A stretch of DNA of 64,000 nucleotides from SAR86 cluster bacterium (GCA_023703615.1 CP097971.1:86315-150314), one strand, 5' to 3'; numbered from the stretch's first letter, positions 21,287-33,567 are shown. Translations and numbers: made by a program. The notes: generated from the sequence alone by a model not told the origin.

Positions 21287-21772
21287 ATGAGAGTAGCTAT
21301 TTATCCAGGTTCATTTGATCCAATAACATATGGACATATGGATATTATTGAAAGAGGTTGTAACTTATTTGATAAAATAATTGTTGCTATAGCTAAAAGC
21401 GATGCAAAAAAACCCTTATTTACTTTAGAGGAAAGAATAGCTCTATCATCTAGCATTTTTGAAGATAATGAAAAAGTTGAGGTGGTTGGTTTTCCAAGGC
21501 AGCTAACAGTTGATCTAGCGAGAGAACATAATGCATCTGCAATAATTAGAGGCTTGAGGGCGGTATCAGATTTCGAATACGAATTTCAATTAGCCACCAT
21601 GAACAGATCTCTTGCACCAGATATGGAAAGCATTTTTTTAACTCCTAAAGAAAGTCTAATATATGTTTCATCCAGCCTTATTAAAGAAATATCTGATTTA
21701 AAAGGAGATGTTTCTAAATTTGTTCATCCAAATATTGAAAAAGCTCTAAGAGCAAAATTAGATTCTCATTAA
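21287..21772 (+). CDS. coaD: phosphopantetheine adenylyltransferase
   Basis: 161 aa. Has YPGSFDPITYGHxDII motif. Confidence 0.95.
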   Translation: MRVAIYPGSFDPITYGHMDIIERGCNLFDKIIVAIAKSDAKKPLFTLEERIALSSSIFEDNEKVEVVGFPRQLTVDLAREHNASAIIRGLRAVSDFEYEFQLATMNRSLAPDMESIFLTPKESLIYVSSSLIKEISDLKGDVSKFVHPNIEKALRAKLDSH

Positions 21773-21773
21773 A

Positions 21774-22583
21774 TTAACTCTGACAGTTTGCACAAAAATA
21801 TGCTGCCCTATTATTCAAAACTATTTTTTTAATTTTTGCTTTACAATTATTGCAGATCTCATTATCTCTGCCATATACGTTTAAATTTATTTGAAAATAT
21901 CCTTGGTTTCCATCTGCCGAATAAAAATCTCTCAAAGTAGTCCCACCTTTTCTAATAGCTGATCTAAGAACTTTTTTTGAATTATTAATAATTTTTTGAC
22001 ATTCGTTTTTTGAAATTCTGCCAGCTTTTCTTGTTGGCCTAATATTAGACAAGAAAAGAGTTTCAGACGCATAAATATTTCCAATACCTACAACATTTTT
22101 TTGGTTCATTATAAAATTTTTAATATTTGTTGCCGAATTTCTGGTTTTTTTATAAAGGTAATTTAAATTAAATTCAGAAGACAATGGTTCTGGTCCCAGA
22201 ATTTGAATTAAAGGATGATTATACAAATCATTAGATATATGAATTGATCCAAATCTTCTGGGGTCATTAAATATAATTTTTTCATCATTAAATATAAACT
22301 CTGCATGATCATGCTTTTTAAAAAAATTATTCTTTATTTTTTGTATTCGTAAACTTCCTGACATTCCTAGATGAAGAAATAAATCGAAATTATTAAAACT
22401 AAAGATTAAATATTTTGCTCTTCTGGAAATATTTATAATTGTTTGATTTTTTGTTTTACTTTCAACGGTTTCTTCGACCTTCCATCTAAGATTTCTGTTA
22501 TGTATCTTGATTTCTTTTAAATCACATTTATTAAATTTACTAATTGCTCTGAGGGTTGTTTCAACCTCTGGTAGCTCAGGCAT
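21774..22583 (-). CDS. mutM: formamidopyrimidine-DNA glycosylase
   Basis: 269 aa. MPELPEVE N-terminus and C-terminal CxxC...CxxC zinc finger. Confidence 0.95.
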   Translation of the reverse strand: MPELPEVETTLRAISKFNKCDLKEIKIHNRNLRWKVEETVESKTKNQTIINISRRAKYLIFSFNNFDLFLHLGMSGSLRIQKIKNNFFKKHDHAEFIFNDEKIIFNDPRRFGSIHISNDLYNHPLIQILGPEPLSSEFNLNYLYKKTRNSATNIKNFIMNQKNVVGIGNIYASETLFLSNIRPTRKAGRISKNECQKIINNSKKVLRSAIRKGGTTLRDFYSADGNQGYFQINLNVYGRDNEICNNCKAKIKKIVLNNRAAYFCANCQS

Positions 22584-22586
22584 TTT

Positions 22587-23915
22587 TTATTTCAGGAGAT
22601 TATTGATATTTAATATGTCAGAAGGTTCAAGAGTTCCAGATGCGAGACCTAATCTTAAATTTGCTAAAATATAATCATATTTCGCGTTAGCTAAATTTTT
22701 CTCCGCGGCGTATAAGTTTTTTTCAGATTGTAATAAATCCACAACATTTCTCGTTCCTACTTTGTAGCCAACTTGAGTAGCCTCAAGAGCACTTTTTGCT
22801 GAGACAACTGCTTGTTTTTGTGCAGTTACATTTGCCACTAATGTAAGGACGTTTGAGTATTGTGATCGAACTTCTTGGATAACTTTTCTTTCTGCAAATA
22901 GAGCATTTTCATCTGCTTCATTGTATTGTGCATATGCCTGTTTTCTTCTTGAATTAACTGCTCCACCTTGAAAAATAGGCATACTAAACTGTATTGCATA
23001 ATTTCTTCTGCCAGTAATTTCAGGAACAGGAATACCTTGCCCATCAATATTAATACCTTCGAAATTAAATTGATTGGTTTCAGATTCAGATTTTGATCCA
23101 ACAATATTAATTTTAGGGAGATGACCGGAGGCAGCCCCCCTAGCATTGTTTCTTGCAGCTTGTTTTCTCATTTGGGAAGCTTTAAGTTGGAAATTATTTT
23201 TAAGAGCGATTTCAACCCATTTCTCTTTAGAGTTTGGAGAAGGTTCAGTAACTATAAGATTTTCACCAAGCTCATCCAAGCTAAAAATTTCACGTCCAAG
23301 CAAAGCATTTAAAGCTTCTTTGGCAGAAAAAAGAGCGCCTTCGTTGTTAATTCTTGAAGCTCTGCTTAAATCATATGCTAATTGTGCTTCTTGAACACCA
23401 GTAATTGCAGATAAACCAACCTCATATCTTTGTTGAGCTTGATCTAGCTGTTGTTTAATAGCCTTTTCCTCAGATAAAGCAGCACTTAGATTATCAATTT
23501 GTCTTAGAACACCAAAATATAATTCTGCAGTTCTTAAAATTAAATTTTGTTGTTCAAAAGCAAATTCAGCTTCAGCTGCATTTTTTAACGATTTTGACTG
23601 CCTAAATTGAAACCAAGTATCTAACCTAAATAATGGCTGAGAAATATTCGCACTTGAAGAAAAAGAGTTGTACTCTTGCTGAAGTTTCTTATTTTGATAA
23701 TACTCATTCCAATTAGTTGATCCGTTTATAGATATGCTTGGAAGAAGAGCAGCTCTTCCTTGAACCAATATCTCCTTATCTGCTAAAAAAGAATATTCAG
23801 CAGCTTTATAGGTTGGATCATTTTTTAAGGCTTCGTTATATATCTCTAGGATATTTTCACTTTCTATAAAAGTTGTAAGAAAAATAATACTTAATAAATG
23901 AATTTTAATTTTCAT
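22587..23915 (-). CDS. tolC: TolC-family outer membrane efflux channel
   Basis: 442 aa with signal peptide and two-repeat coiled-coil/beta-barrel organisation. Starts 3 nt upstream of mutM. Confidence 0.85.
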   Translation of the reverse strand: MKIKIHLLSIIFLTTFIESENILEIYNEALKNDPTYKAAEYSFLADKEILVQGRAALLPSISINGSTNWNEYYQNKKLQQEYNSFSSSANISQPLFRLDTWFQFRQSKSLKNAAEAEFAFEQQNLILRTAELYFGVLRQIDNLSAALSEEKAIKQQLDQAQQRYEVGLSAITGVQEAQLAYDLSRASRINNEGALFSAKEALNALLGREIFSLDELGENLIVTEPSPNSKEKWVEIALKNNFQLKASQMRKQAARNNARGAASGHLPKINIVGSKSESETNQFNFEGINIDGQGIPVPEITGRRNYAIQFSMPIFQGGAVNSRRKQAYAQYNEADENALFAERKVIQEVRSQYSNVLTLVANVTAQKQAVVSAKSALEATQVGYKVGTRNVVDLLQSEKNLYAAEKNLANAKYDYILANLRLGLASGTLEPSDILNINNLLK

Positions 23916-23933
23916 GTACTAATTTTAACTCAT

Positions 23934-23960
23934 ATAAATGTTTACAATGAAAACATTTAT
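23934..23960. repeat. 10-bp perfect inverted repeat in the tolC/parE divergent intergenic
   Basis: ATAAATGTTT-ACAATGA-AAACATTTAT. Function unknown; it could be an operator or chance in AT-rich DNA. Confidence 0.3.
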
Positions 23961-24057
23961 GAATATTTTTGCCATATTTGAGTTTTAATAGAGTTTTTCA
24001 TATTTCTTGGAGTAGAATAAGTAGATATTAAATGAATCAATTATAAGGCAATACAAA

Positions 24058-25950
24058 TTGGCAAAAAAATCATATGATTCAAAAGCAATTGAGGTTTTAT
24101 CCGGACTAGACCCTGTCAGGAAAAGACCGGGCATGTACACAGATACGTCTAATCCAAATCATCTCATTCAAGAAGTTTTAGATAATTCCATTGACGAGGC
24201 TCTATCAAGTTTTTGTTCCGTGATTCAGATTTCAATTCTTAAAAATGGTTTCATAGAGATTTCAGATGACGGAAGAGGTATGCCAGTTGATATCCATCCT
24301 GAGCATAAAGTTTCTGGAGTAGAGTTAATAATGTGTAAGCTTCATGCTGGTGCAAAGTTTTCTGGTGAAGATTATAACTTTTCTGGAGGTCTTCACGGCG
24401 TTGGTGTTTCTGTAGTTAATGCGCTATCTGAAAATCTGGAAGTAAGAATTAAAAGAGACTCTAAAGAGTACAAAATTTCGTTTAGTAATGGAGAAAAAAA
24501 AGAGGATCTTGAAGAAATTGGTCAAGTTGGTCCAAGAAATACTGGAACCTCAGTAAAATTTATACCCAATCCAATTTATTTTGAAACTATTGAGGTTCAG
24601 CTTAAAGAACTAAAACATCTTCTCAAAGCAAAAGCAGTTTTGTGCCCTGGCTTAAGAATAAAATTTTTTTATGAAAAAAAGAATGAAAGAGAGGATTGGA
24701 TATACGAGGAAGGCTTACAATCTTACTTGAAGGAATCAGTTGATGAAAATGATTTAATTTTAAATGAATCTATCTTAGATTCAAAAAAGTCAGAATCACA
24801 AGAGATTCAATTTGCAGTTAACTGGTCTAATAAAAACATAAAAAATAAAATTAGTGAAACTTATGTAAATTTAATTCCAACGTCGCAAGGAGGTTCCCAT
24901 TTAAATGGATTTAAATCAGGACTATTAGACGCTTTAAAAGAATTTTGTGATTATAGAAGTTTATTACCAAAAGGCTTAAAAATAAATGCTGACGACGTAA
25001 TAAGTCATGCTATATTTGTAGTATCTTCTAAATTACAAAATCCACAATTTTCTGGACAAACTAAAGAAAGATTAGATTCAAAAGATCATGCATTATTTGT
25101 AGCAAATTCTACAAAAGATATTTTAAGCATATGGTTGAATACACATACAGAAGAGGGAGAAAAAATTGCAGAACTTGCAATAGATTCTGCACAAACAAGA
25201 GCTAAAGTATCTAATATTGTTCAGAGGAAAAAAACTTTTAAGGGTCCAGCATTACCAGGAAAATTGTCAGATTGTAATAGCGAAGATCTTAACGAAACTG
25301 AACTTTTTTTAGTTGAAGGTGACTCAGCTGGAGGTTCTGCGAAACAAGCTCGAGAAAGATCTTTTCAGGCCATAATGCCATTAAGAGGCAAAATATTAAA
25401 TACTTGGGATTTAGAAAGCAGTGAAATAATTAAATCTCAAGAGATTAAAAATCTTTCTACTGCAATTGGAGTTTTACCAGGAACATCTGACGTAGACAAT
25501 TTGAGATATGGAAAAATATGTATATTAGCAGATGCTGATTCCGATGGACTTCACATAGCAACTCTTTTATGTGCTTTATTTCTGCGTCATTACAAGCAAC
25601 TTGTTGTTGATGGAAGAATATATATCTCTATGCCACCACTTTTTAGAATCGATTGTGGCAAAGAAGTTTTATATGCGTTGCATGAGCAGCAAAGAGATGA
25701 AATTGTTAATAAGTTTAAAAGCAAAAAAGGGAAGCCTAAAATTAATATACAAAGATTTAAAGGTCTTGGTGAAATGAATCCATCCCAATTAAGAGAAACT
25801 GTTATGGATCCAAACACACGACAACTTGTGCAATTATCAATAAGCGCATCTGATAACGCTAATTCCATGATGGATTTATTACTTTCAAAAAAAAATGCAT
25901 CGGCTAGAAAAGAATGGCTTGAGAAAAAAGGATCTTTAGCAAAAGTATAA
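24058..25950 (+). CDS. parE: DNA topoisomerase IV subunit B
   Basis: 630 aa, TTG start. GHKL ATPase plus Toprim (EGDSAGG). Lacks the roughly 170-aa GyrB insertion, and its length equals E. coli ParE. Confidence 0.9.
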   Translation: MAKKSYDSKAIEVLSGLDPVRKRPGMYTDTSNPNHLIQEVLDNSIDEALSSFCSVIQISILKNGFIEISDDGRGMPVDIHPEHKVSGVELIMCKLHAGAKFSGEDYNFSGGLHGVGVSVVNALSENLEVRIKRDSKEYKISFSNGEKKEDLEEIGQVGPRNTGTSVKFIPNPIYFETIEVQLKELKHLLKAKAVLCPGLRIKFFYEKKNEREDWIYEEGLQSYLKESVDENDLILNESILDSKKSESQEIQFAVNWSNKNIKNKISETYVNLIPTSQGGSHLNGFKSGLLDALKEFCDYRSLLPKGLKINADDVISHAIFVVSSKLQNPQFSGQTKERLDSKDHALFVANSTKDILSIWLNTHTEEGEKIAELAIDSAQTRAKVSNIVQRKKTFKGPALPGKLSDCNSEDLNETELFLVEGDSAGGSAKQARERSFQAIMPLRGKILNTWDLESSEIIKSQEIKNLSTAIGVLPGTSDVDNLRYGKICILADADSDGLHIATLLCALFLRHYKQLVVDGRIYISMPPLFRIDCGKEVLYALHEQQRDEIVNKFKSKKGKPKINIQRFKGLGEMNPSQLRETVMDPNTRQLVQLSISASDNANSMMDLLLSKKNASARKEWLEKKGSLAKV

Positions 25951-25952
25951 AC

Positions 25953-28211
25953 ATGAAAAATAATGAAAAAATATCATCATTAAGTTTAAAAAATTATGCT
26001 GAAGAGTCATATCTCAACTATGCAATGTATGTAATTTTAGATAGAGCTCTACCTAATATTGGAGATGGACTAAAACCAGTTCAAAGAAGAATTCTTTATG
26101 CAATGTCCGAATTAGGACTTGATGCATCTTCAAAATATAAAAAATCTGCAAGAACTGTCGGTGATGTAATAGGTAAATTCCATCCTCATGGAGATACCGC
26201 AGCATATGAAGCAATGGTCTTAATGGCACAAAATTTTTCTTTTAAATATCCACTTGTCGATGGCCAGGGAAATTGGGGTTCTCAAGATGATCCTAAATCT
26301 TTTGCTGCAATGCGATATACAGAATCAAAACTAACTAGTTTTGCAAACCTTTTAATTTCAGAATTAAAATCTGGCACGGTGGATTGGCAACCAAATTTTG
26401 ATGGTTCACTTCTTGAACCAGTTATTTTCCCATCAAAGTTACCATCAATTTTGCTTAATGGAACTTCTGGAATTGCTGTTGGTATGGCAACAGATATTCC
26501 ATCTCATAATATAAATGAAATTATTGAGGCTGTTGTTCATATCATTGACAATCCCAAAGCTGGCCTTAAAGATTTACTAAAAATAATAAAGGGTCCAGAT
26601 TTTTCTAATAATGCTTCAATTGTTGCAACTAGCGAAGAGCTTTTTGAAATGTATTCAACAGGTAGAGGCGGTTTTAAAATACAAGCAAACTGGAGACAGG
26701 AAAAAAATCAAATAATTGTTGATGCGCTACCTTATCAGGCATCAGGATCAAAAATCTTAGAACAGATCTCTGAGCAAATGGTAAAAAAGAAACTGCCAAT
26801 GGTTGTTGATTTAACTGATGAAGGAGATCATTTGGAGCCTATAAGACTTGTAATCACTTTAAGATCAAATAGAGTAAATGCTAACGATGTGATGAATCAC
26901 CTTTATGCATCAACTGATCTTCAGAAAAGTTACAGATCGAATATGAATTTAATTTCCTTAAAAGGGGGGCCAAAAGTATTTGCCTTGGACGAACTATTAA
27001 AAGAATGGCTTAAGTTTAGACAACAAACCGTAACAAGAAAACTTGAACATAGATTAGATCAGGTAAATGATAGGCTGCATATTCTTCAAGGCTTTCTGAT
27101 AGTTTATTTAGATTTAGATAAAGTGATTAAAATTATAAGAGAGTCTGATAATCCTAAAAAAGAAATAATCAAAGAATTTAAATTATCTGACTTGCAAGTG
27201 AATGCTATCTTAGAAATTAGGCTCAGACAATTGGCAAAATTAGAGCAAGAAAAATTAGAAAGTGAAAAAACTAATCTCGACAATGAAAAGAAAGAAATTG
27301 AAAAAATACTTAATTCAAAATCTAGACTAAAAACAACTATTAAAAATGAATTAAAACAAATAAAAGAAGATTTTGGTGATGAAAGAAAATCAAAAATAAT
27401 AGAGATCTCTGAAGCAAAAATTTTTTCAGAAGAAGAAACGATTACTACAGAACCTGTTTCAATTATTCTTTCAAAAGCAGGCTGGATAAGAAGTGCAAAA
27501 GGCCATGAAATTGATCCAAATTCACTAACCTATAGGGGAGACGATTCTTTGCAAGACTTTTGTAGAGGAAAAAGTAATCAACTAGTCGTATTTTTAGATT
27601 CAACAGGAAAATCTTTTTCTCTTCAAGCACATTCTTTACCTTCAGCAAGAGGTATGGGAGAGCCTTTATCAGGCAGAATATCAGCAGACTCAGGAGTAAG
27701 CTTCATATCATGTGTTTCTGGTAATGATGGTGATGACAAATTTATGATTATGAACACAGCTGGATATGGCTTTATATCTGAATTTAAAAATATGACATCA
27801 AATAAAAAAACTGGAAGGGCTTTTATGAAGTTACCTGATAATGCAAGATTATTAAAAGCGATACCAATTAGAAAAGATCACACACACATCGCTGCAGTAT
27901 CAAGCATTGGAAAACTTCTTATATTTAGAATTGATGAATTGCCAATATTAGGAAAAGGAAAAGGCAATAAAATAATAAATATTCCTAAAGCTAAATTTAA
28001 TTCTAATGAAGAATTTATGGCACATGCACAATTATTATCAGATGAAAGTACTTTAAGGGTTATAGTTGGTGACAGAAGCGTAAGTCTTAAACCAAAAGAC
28101 TGGGCAGATTACATCCTCACAAGAGCTAAAAGAGGAAAAAAAATTGGTAACCTTAAAAATGTCGATCGGTTGATTGAAGAAATCGAAGTCAATTCATCAA
28201 CTGAAAAATAG
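25953..28211 (+). CDS. parC: DNA topoisomerase IV subunit A
   Basis: 752 aa. DGLKPVQRR motif and active-site AAMRYTE tyrosine region. Immediately follows parE. Confidence 0.9.
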   Translation: MKNNEKISSLSLKNYAEESYLNYAMYVILDRALPNIGDGLKPVQRRILYAMSELGLDASSKYKKSARTVGDVIGKFHPHGDTAAYEAMVLMAQNFSFKYPLVDGQGNWGSQDDPKSFAAMRYTESKLTSFANLLISELKSGTVDWQPNFDGSLLEPVIFPSKLPSILLNGTSGIAVGMATDIPSHNINEIIEAVVHIIDNPKAGLKDLLKIIKGPDFSNNASIVATSEELFEMYSTGRGGFKIQANWRQEKNQIIVDALPYQASGSKILEQISEQMVKKKLPMVVDLTDEGDHLEPIRLVITLRSNRVNANDVMNHLYASTDLQKSYRSNMNLISLKGGPKVFALDELLKEWLKFRQQTVTRKLEHRLDQVNDRLHILQGFLIVYLDLDKVIKIIRESDNPKKEIIKEFKLSDLQVNAILEIRLRQLAKLEQEKLESEKTNLDNEKKEIEKILNSKSRLKTTIKNELKQIKEDFGDERKSKIIEISEAKIFSEEETITTEPVSIILSKAGWIRSAKGHEIDPNSLTYRGDDSLQDFCRGKSNQLVVFLDSTGKSFSLQAHSLPSARGMGEPLSGRISADSGVSFISCVSGNDGDDKFMIMNTAGYGFISEFKNMTSNKKTGRAFMKLPDNARLLKAIPIRKDHTHIAAVSSIGKLLIFRIDELPILGKGKGNKIINIPKAKFNSNEEFMAHAQLLSDESTLRVIVGDRSVSLKPKDWADYILTRAKRGKKIGNLKNVDRLIEEIEVNSSTEK

Positions 28212-29379
28212 ACTTTTTAAAAATTTCTAGGCCGGCATCAATAATTTTATCTTCAATTATTAAACTTGGAGAAAATCTAACCATCGAATCATTTGCTTTA
28301 AGTATCATCAAGCCATTTGAATGACATTTATCAATTAGATCATCAACAGTAAAATTATCTTTTTTTAGCTCAATACTTAGCCACAGTCCTGAAGAACTGA
28401 AGTTCGAAAAACAATCAAAGCTGCTGTTAATTTCTTTTATTCTTTGTATAAATATTTTTTCTTTTTTGCGAACACCATTTAGTAATTTTTTACTTGAAAC
28501 AATTTCAAGCACTTTTGATCCAACTGCGCAGACTAGGGGACCTCCACCAAATGTTGTTCCATGTGAACCAACATTCATTCTGCTTGATATTTTATGTGTT
28601 GTTAAAATACCTCCTATTGGAAGTCCATTTGCCAAACCCTTTGCAAAACATAAAATGTCAGGCTTAATTTTATACTTTTCATATGCAAATAATGATCCTG
28701 TTCTCCCAATGCCTGACTGAACTTCATCTATTATCAAAAGTGCTTTATATTTTTTACATAACTTAATAATTGTTTTAACAAATTTATTTTCTGCACTAAT
28801 AATTCCTGATTGCCATTGCACCAATTCTAAAATAACTGCGCATGTATTTTTGGAGAATTTTTTTTCAAGATCTTTTATTTCATTAAATTTATGATTTTTA
28901 ACACCTTTAGGTAGAGGTGCAAACCCATCAGTGAGTGATTTATTATTTGATAATGCTATAGCCATCATTGTTCTTCCATGAAAGGAGCCAGAGAATGAAA
29001 TAATTTCGTTTTTACTTTTTTCTTTTGAATAAAATTTTCTTGCAGTTTTTATTGATGCTTCGACAGCCTCTGCTCCAGAATTACAAAAAAAGACTTTTTC
29101 AGCAAAAGTTTTTTTACATAGCTTTTTGGCTAAATTTATTGAAGGCTCATTTATATAAAGATTTGATAAATGTATAACTTTTTTTGATTGATCAGCAATA
29201 ATTGATGATAAAGTTTTGTTGCTATGTCCAAGATTAGTAACGGCGATTCCAGCGGTAAAGTCTATGTATTTTTTATTATTTTTGTCCCAAACCAATGATC
29301 CTAGTGCTTTTTTAACTTTAAAGCTTGCAGGTGCATAAAAAGGCACCATATATTTAGTATAATCATTGATCTCATTCAT
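28189..29379 (-). CDS. argD: acetylornithine/succinyldiaminopimelate aminotransferase (class III)
   Basis: 396 aa. Has [10 protein letters not shown] and [13 protein letters not shown] motifs. Its 3' end overlaps parC by 23 nt (convergent). Confidence 0.8.
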   Translation of the reverse strand: MNEINDYTKYMVPFYAPASFKVKKALGSLVWDKNNKKYIDFTAGIAVTNLGHSNKTLSSIIADQSKKVIHLSNLYINEPSINLAKKLCKKTFAEKVFFCNSGAEAVEASIKTARKFYSKEKSKNEIISFSGSFHGRTMMAIALSNNKSLTDGFAPLPKGVKNHKFNEIKDLEKKFSKNTCAVILELVQWQSGIISAENKFVKTIIKLCKKYKALLIIDEVQSGIGRTGSLFAYEKYKIKPDILCFAKGLANGLPIGGILTTHKISSRMNVGSHGTTFGGGPLVCAVGSKVLEIVSSKKLLNGVRKKEKIFIQRIKEINSSFDCFSNFSSSGLWLSIELKKDNFTVDDLIDKCHSNGLMILKANDSMVRFSPSLIIEDKIIDAGLEIFKKSIFQLMN

Positions 29380-29393
29380 AAGTAAATTGTAAC

Positions 29394-29876
29394 GTGGTTT
29401 CAGTAGAAAATATTAATCAAAAAGATTTTTTAATTACATTAAGTCCAAATAATTCATTAACAAATTTTCAGAGAATTATTTTTTTATCTAGCATATCTTT
29501 TTTATGTATATTCATTGCAATTATTTTTTTTATACTAGGAGCAACTTTAATATTGCCATTTGCTGGTTTAGAAGTTTTTTTTGTATTACTAGCTTTTTAC
29601 TTAAATTTTAAGTGGAGTAGCAAAAGAGAAAAAATATTCTTGTCACAAGAAAAAGTTAAAATTGAAAAAGGGAGAAAACATATAGAATTTAGCTGGGAAG
29701 AATTTAGAACTTTTGCGTATTTTAATGTTAACAAAAAAGACATGGATTCTCTAAAATTAAGTTTCACATCTAAAGGAAAAGAAATAGAAATCGGCAGCTT
29801 TTTAAATGAAGAGGACAAAAAAAGCTTAAAAAATAATATAAGCGATATTATCAACACTTTAAATTCTCACAACTGA
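29394..29876 (+). CDS. DUF2244-like integral membrane protein
   Basis: 160 aa, GTG start. Two adjacent TM helices containing LPFAGLEV, followed by a soluble tail, which is the pattern of the DUF2244 family. Confidence 0.55.
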   Translation: MVSVENINQKDFLITLSPNNSLTNFQRIIFLSSISFLCIFIAIIFFILGATLILPFAGLEVFFVLLAFYLNFKWSSKREKIFLSQEKVKIEKGRKHIEFSWEEFRTFAYFNVNKKDMDSLKLSFTSKGKEIEIGSFLNEEDKKSLKNNISDIINTLNSHN

Positions 29877-29878
29877 AA

Positions 29879-31132
29879 TTAACACCAATTAGGTAGTTTT
29901 TTCTTAATCTCAATTAACTTCAATTTTTTAATTTCTGGTATTCCATTTTTGAATTTAGGAAAAGACTCTCCTTTAATCAAAGGTAATAAATAATTAATAG
30001 CTTTTTTTGTGACGTCAAAACCGTTTTTTGAAATATAGGAGCTAGGTAGTTTTTTTTCAACATTAGCAATCTTAGATAATTTTTCTGGCTTAACAGCCCA
30101 TGAATAATTTTTTTTATTTGTTCGCACAATAATTGGCATCACACCATTTAATCCATTAATAGCATACCTTACTGCATACTTACCTACAGCTTTTGCATGC
30201 TCGAAATCTGTTTCTGATGCAATATGTCTTGCACTTCTTTGAAGATAATCAGATACAGCCCAATGATTTTTTAATTTTAATTTTTTAGTAATCAAGTCAG
30301 ATAAATATGGGGCAACTCCACCTAATTGAGCATGCCCAAAAGCATCTTTTGTTGACGATTCGGATAGAAATTTTCCTTCCACATTTTTTATGCCTTCAGA
30401 TGCAACGATAACGCAGTATTTATTTTTTTTAACGATCTTAGTAATTTCTTGTAAGAATTTCTTTTGATTAAAAATTATTTCTGGCATAAGAATAATATGT
30501 GGAGCATCATTTGAATCTGATCTTGCAAGGGCAGAAGATGCAGCCATCCAACCTGCATGTCGACCCATCACTTCTAAAATAAATACTTTTGTAGAAGTTT
30601 CAGCCATTGATTTAACATCTAATGAAGCCTCTTGTATTGATGTTGCAATGTATTTAGCCGCCGAGCCAAAACCTGGACAGCAATCCGTATATGCTAGATC
30701 ATTATCAACAGTTTTTGGAATTGCAATACAATTTAAATCATAATTCAATTTTTTGCTTATCTGAGAAACTTTTAGAGCCGTATCCGCTGAATCATTGCCT
30801 CCATTATAAAAAAAATAACCAATATTGTGAGCTTTAAAAACTTCTATTAATCTCTGGTACTGTTTTTTATCTTCTTCAATTGTACTTAATTTATATCTGC
30901 ATGACCCAAAAGCACCGCCTGGAATATATTGCAAAGATTTAATATTGGATATCGATTCTTTTGATGTATCAATTAATTCTTCATTTAAAGCCCCGAGAAT
31001 TCCATTTTTACCAGCATAGACTTTACCGATATGTTTTTTATTTTTTCTAGCTTCAATAATTAATGAGCTTGCTGTTGCATTTATTACAGCCGTAACACCA
31101 CCAGATTGTGCATAAAAAGCATTTTTCTTCAT
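29879..31132 (-). CDS. pfp: pyrophosphate-dependent 6-phosphofructokinase (PPi-PFK)
   Basis: 417 aa PFK fold. GGNDS replaces the GGDGS of ATP-PFK, and PKTVDND replaces PGTIDND. Asp and Lys at these two positions are the known PPi-specificity markers. Confidence 0.75.
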   Translation of the reverse strand: MKKNAFYAQSGGVTAVINATASSLIIEARKNKKHIGKVYAGKNGILGALNEELIDTSKESISNIKSLQYIPGGAFGSCRYKLSTIEEDKKQYQRLIEVFKAHNIGYFFYNGGNDSADTALKVSQISKKLNYDLNCIAIPKTVDNDLAYTDCCPGFGSAAKYIATSIQEASLDVKSMAETSTKVFILEVMGRHAGWMAASSALARSDSNDAPHIILMPEIIFNQKKFLQEITKIVKKNKYCVIVASEGIKNVEGKFLSESSTKDAFGHAQLGGVAPYLSDLITKKLKLKNHWAVSDYLQRSARHIASETDFEHAKAVGKYAVRYAINGLNGVMPIIVRTNKKNYSWAVKPEKLSKIANVEKKLPSSYISKNGFDVTKKAINYLLPLIKGESFPKFKNGIPEIKKLKLIEIKKKLPNWC

Positions 31133-31185
31133 TTATTTAGTCTCATAAGTTTTGAAATAAAATTAGGTATCGTATTATAACTAAT

Positions 31186-32487
31186 ATGAAGATACATATC
31201 TTAGGTATTTGTGGTACTTTTATGGGAGGCCTTGCTCAAATACTCCAGGAGTCTGGACATGAAGTATCTGGTACAGATCTTCAATTTTATCCACCGATGT
31301 CAGATCAATTAAATTCTATGGGAATTACTTTAATTTCTGGATATGAATCTTCAAATCTTCCTAAAGCAGATTTGTATGTGATAGGAAATGCACTTTCAAG
31401 AGGAAACGAATCAGTAGAATATATTTTAAATGAGAAGCTGCCTTTTAAATCTGGCCCAGAAATCTTAGGAGAAATTTTAAAAGAAAAAAATGTTATCGCA
31501 GTTTCTGGAACACATGGCAAAACAACCACTGCATATATGATAGCTCATATTTTAAAACAAAATAAGAAGGATATTGGTTACCTAGTTGGAGGCATTTCAC
31601 CAAATTTTAAGGATTCTGCATCATTAGGTTCAGACAATATTTTTGTTATAGAGGCCGATGAATATGATTCAGCTTTTTTTGATAAAAGATCTAAATTTAT
31701 TCATTATTCTCCAAATACTTTATTAATAAATAATATCGAATTTGATCATGCTGATATTTTTAAGAACATAGACGACATAAAAAAACAATTTCATCATTTA
31801 ATTAAAATAATTCCATCACAAGGAAACGTAATCTACTTTGCAGAAGACAAAAATAGTCATGAGCTAATTAAAATGGGATCTTGGTCAAAAAAATTAATGG
31901 TAGGAGAAGGCAACAATAAGATCGATTATAAAAATAAAGATTTTTATTATAAAAATAAAAAATATTCTTTATCTGAATTACCTCTTATAGGTGATCATAA
32001 CTTTAAGAATTATGTATCTGCAATTATTGCAGCAAGCTTGCATTCAATTCCAATTGAAAACTCTATAAATGCTCTAAAAAACTTTGAAGGCGTAAAAAGA
32101 AGACTTGAGTTTAAGGGAGCTTTCAAAAATATAAAAATTTATGATGATTTTGCACATCATCCAACTGCCATAGCATATACATCCAACGCAATAAGAACCA
32201 AATATAAAAATAAAAAAATTTTAGCTTTAATAGAGCTGGGCTCTAATACAATGTCATCTGGATATCACGGAAATTCAATCATTGATCAAACTCGTAAACT
32301 TGATAATACGTTGTGGCTAGACTATAAAAATGTTTTATCAAATAATAAAAAAACTTTTAATAATGATAAAGATTTTATAGAATCTGTTAAAAAAATTGTT
32401 TTTGATTATGATATTATTTTGTTGATGACTAATAAAAATAGTCAAAAATTATTAACACCTTTAATTAAGTATATTGAAAAAGAATAA
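31186..32487 (+). CDS. mpl: UDP-N-acetylmuramate:L-alanyl-gamma-D-glutamyl-meso-DAP ligase (murein peptide ligase)
   Basis: 433 aa. MKIHILGICGTFMGGLA N-terminus and GTHGKTTT P-loop. Confidence 0.9.
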   Translation: MKIHILGICGTFMGGLAQILQESGHEVSGTDLQFYPPMSDQLNSMGITLISGYESSNLPKADLYVIGNALSRGNESVEYILNEKLPFKSGPEILGEILKEKNVIAVSGTHGKTTTAYMIAHILKQNKKDIGYLVGGISPNFKDSASLGSDNIFVIEADEYDSAFFDKRSKFIHYSPNTLLINNIEFDHADIFKNIDDIKKQFHHLIKIIPSQGNVIYFAEDKNSHELIKMGSWSKKLMVGEGNNKIDYKNKDFYYKNKKYSLSELPLIGDHNFKNYVSAIIAASLHSIPIENSINALKNFEGVKRRLEFKGAFKNIKIYDDFAHHPTAIAYTSNAIRTKYKNKKILALIELGSNTMSSGYHGNSIIDQTRKLDNTLWLDYKNVLSNNKKTFNNDKDFIESVKKIVFDYDIILLMTNKNSQKLLTPLIKYIEKE

Positions 32488-33064
32488 TATTCCGTTATTT
32501 CCTCTTGGTTTAGTTTCTCTACCAGGAACAATGCAATCTCTCCAGATTTTTGAACCTAGATATATAAATATGGTTAAGTCATGCATGCAAAATAATAGTG
32601 GCTTTGTTATTACTTTGAGTACTCAAAAAAATAATGAAACAAATTATGGAATATCCAAAAATGGCACTTATGTTGAGATTATAGATTTTAATAACTTGCC
32701 TAATGGATTATTAGGTATAACTGTAAAGTCAATACATAAAGTAAAAATAAATAATATCACTGAGTTGGATGATGGCCTGCATATGGCAGATGCAGAGGCG
32801 TTAATTGACCCAGAAGTTGATGACCAGGCTATTTTAGCTGAACATCCTGATTTAATTAATATACTAATGCAATTGGTTAAGCATCCAAAAATCAATGATA
32901 AGTATTTAAAAGTAGATTTTAATTCAGCTGATTCTGTAAGTTATCATCTTGCTGGGCTGATACCACTTACTTCAAATGAAAAGCAAAGTTTATTAGAAGC
33001 TTTTGATGCAAATCAAAGAATGAAAATTCTATCAAGTTATATAAAAAAACTTTCATCTCAATAG
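32474..33064 (+). CDS. LON substrate-binding (LonN) domain protein
   Basis: 196 aa. Has the IPLFPLGxVxLPGxxxxLxIFEPRY motif. Overlaps mpl by 14 nt. Confidence 0.8.
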   Translation: MKKNNIPLFPLGLVSLPGTMQSLQIFEPRYINMVKSCMQNNSGFVITLSTQKNNETNYGISKNGTYVEIIDFNNLPNGLLGITVKSIHKVKINNITELDDGLHMADAEALIDPEVDDQAILAEHPDLINILMQLVKHPKINDKYLKVDFNSADSVSYHLAGLIPLTSNEKQSLLEAFDANQRMKILSSYIKKLSSQ

Positions 33065-33066
33065 CA

Positions 33067-33495
33067 TCAATTAAACTTAAGAGATTTTTTACCAGATTTT
33101 TTTCTTATAGAGTTTATAGTTCTTAATATTATTGATGATTGAATAATTTTTTTTTCTATATTATATTTGCCTGGATAATCGCTCAGAATCATGCCTATAA
33201 AAATCGTTAGAATACCTTGGCCTGGTAACACAAGCATTAAAATACCCCCAATTATCAATAAGTAACCAAGTGAGTTTTTAATAAATTTAAAAGCAATCCA
33301 ATAAAGAAAATATTTTTCTTTTAAGACAGAGCTTTTCTTTTCTTTAAAGTAATTTTCAGGTATCAATAAAACAAGCCATCTAATACTTAGAATGCTAATG
33401 ATAAATATAGTCAAGGAAACTAGACTTATCCAAAAAATAAAGTTTTTATATGTATTCGTATATTCAAGTAGATTATTTAATAAGCTAATTTCCAA
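33067..33495 (-). CDS. small membrane protein, function unknown (possibly PGPGW-type)
   Basis: 142 aa with 3-4 hydrophobic helices. The LPGQGILT segment only loosely resembles the PGPGW motif. Confidence 0.4.
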   Translation of the reverse strand: MEISLLNNLLEYTNTYKNFIFWISLVSLTIFIISILSIRWLVLLIPENYFKEKKSSVLKEKYFLYWIAFKFIKNSLGYLLIIGGILMLVLPGQGILTIFIGMILSDYPGKYNIEKKIIQSSIILRTINSIRKKSGKKSLKFN

Positions 33496-33567
33496 ATTAC
33501 TTACCTTTTTTTTAAAATATGATTTAGTATTAACATTAGAATAAATTGTTTAATTTATAAATCAACT

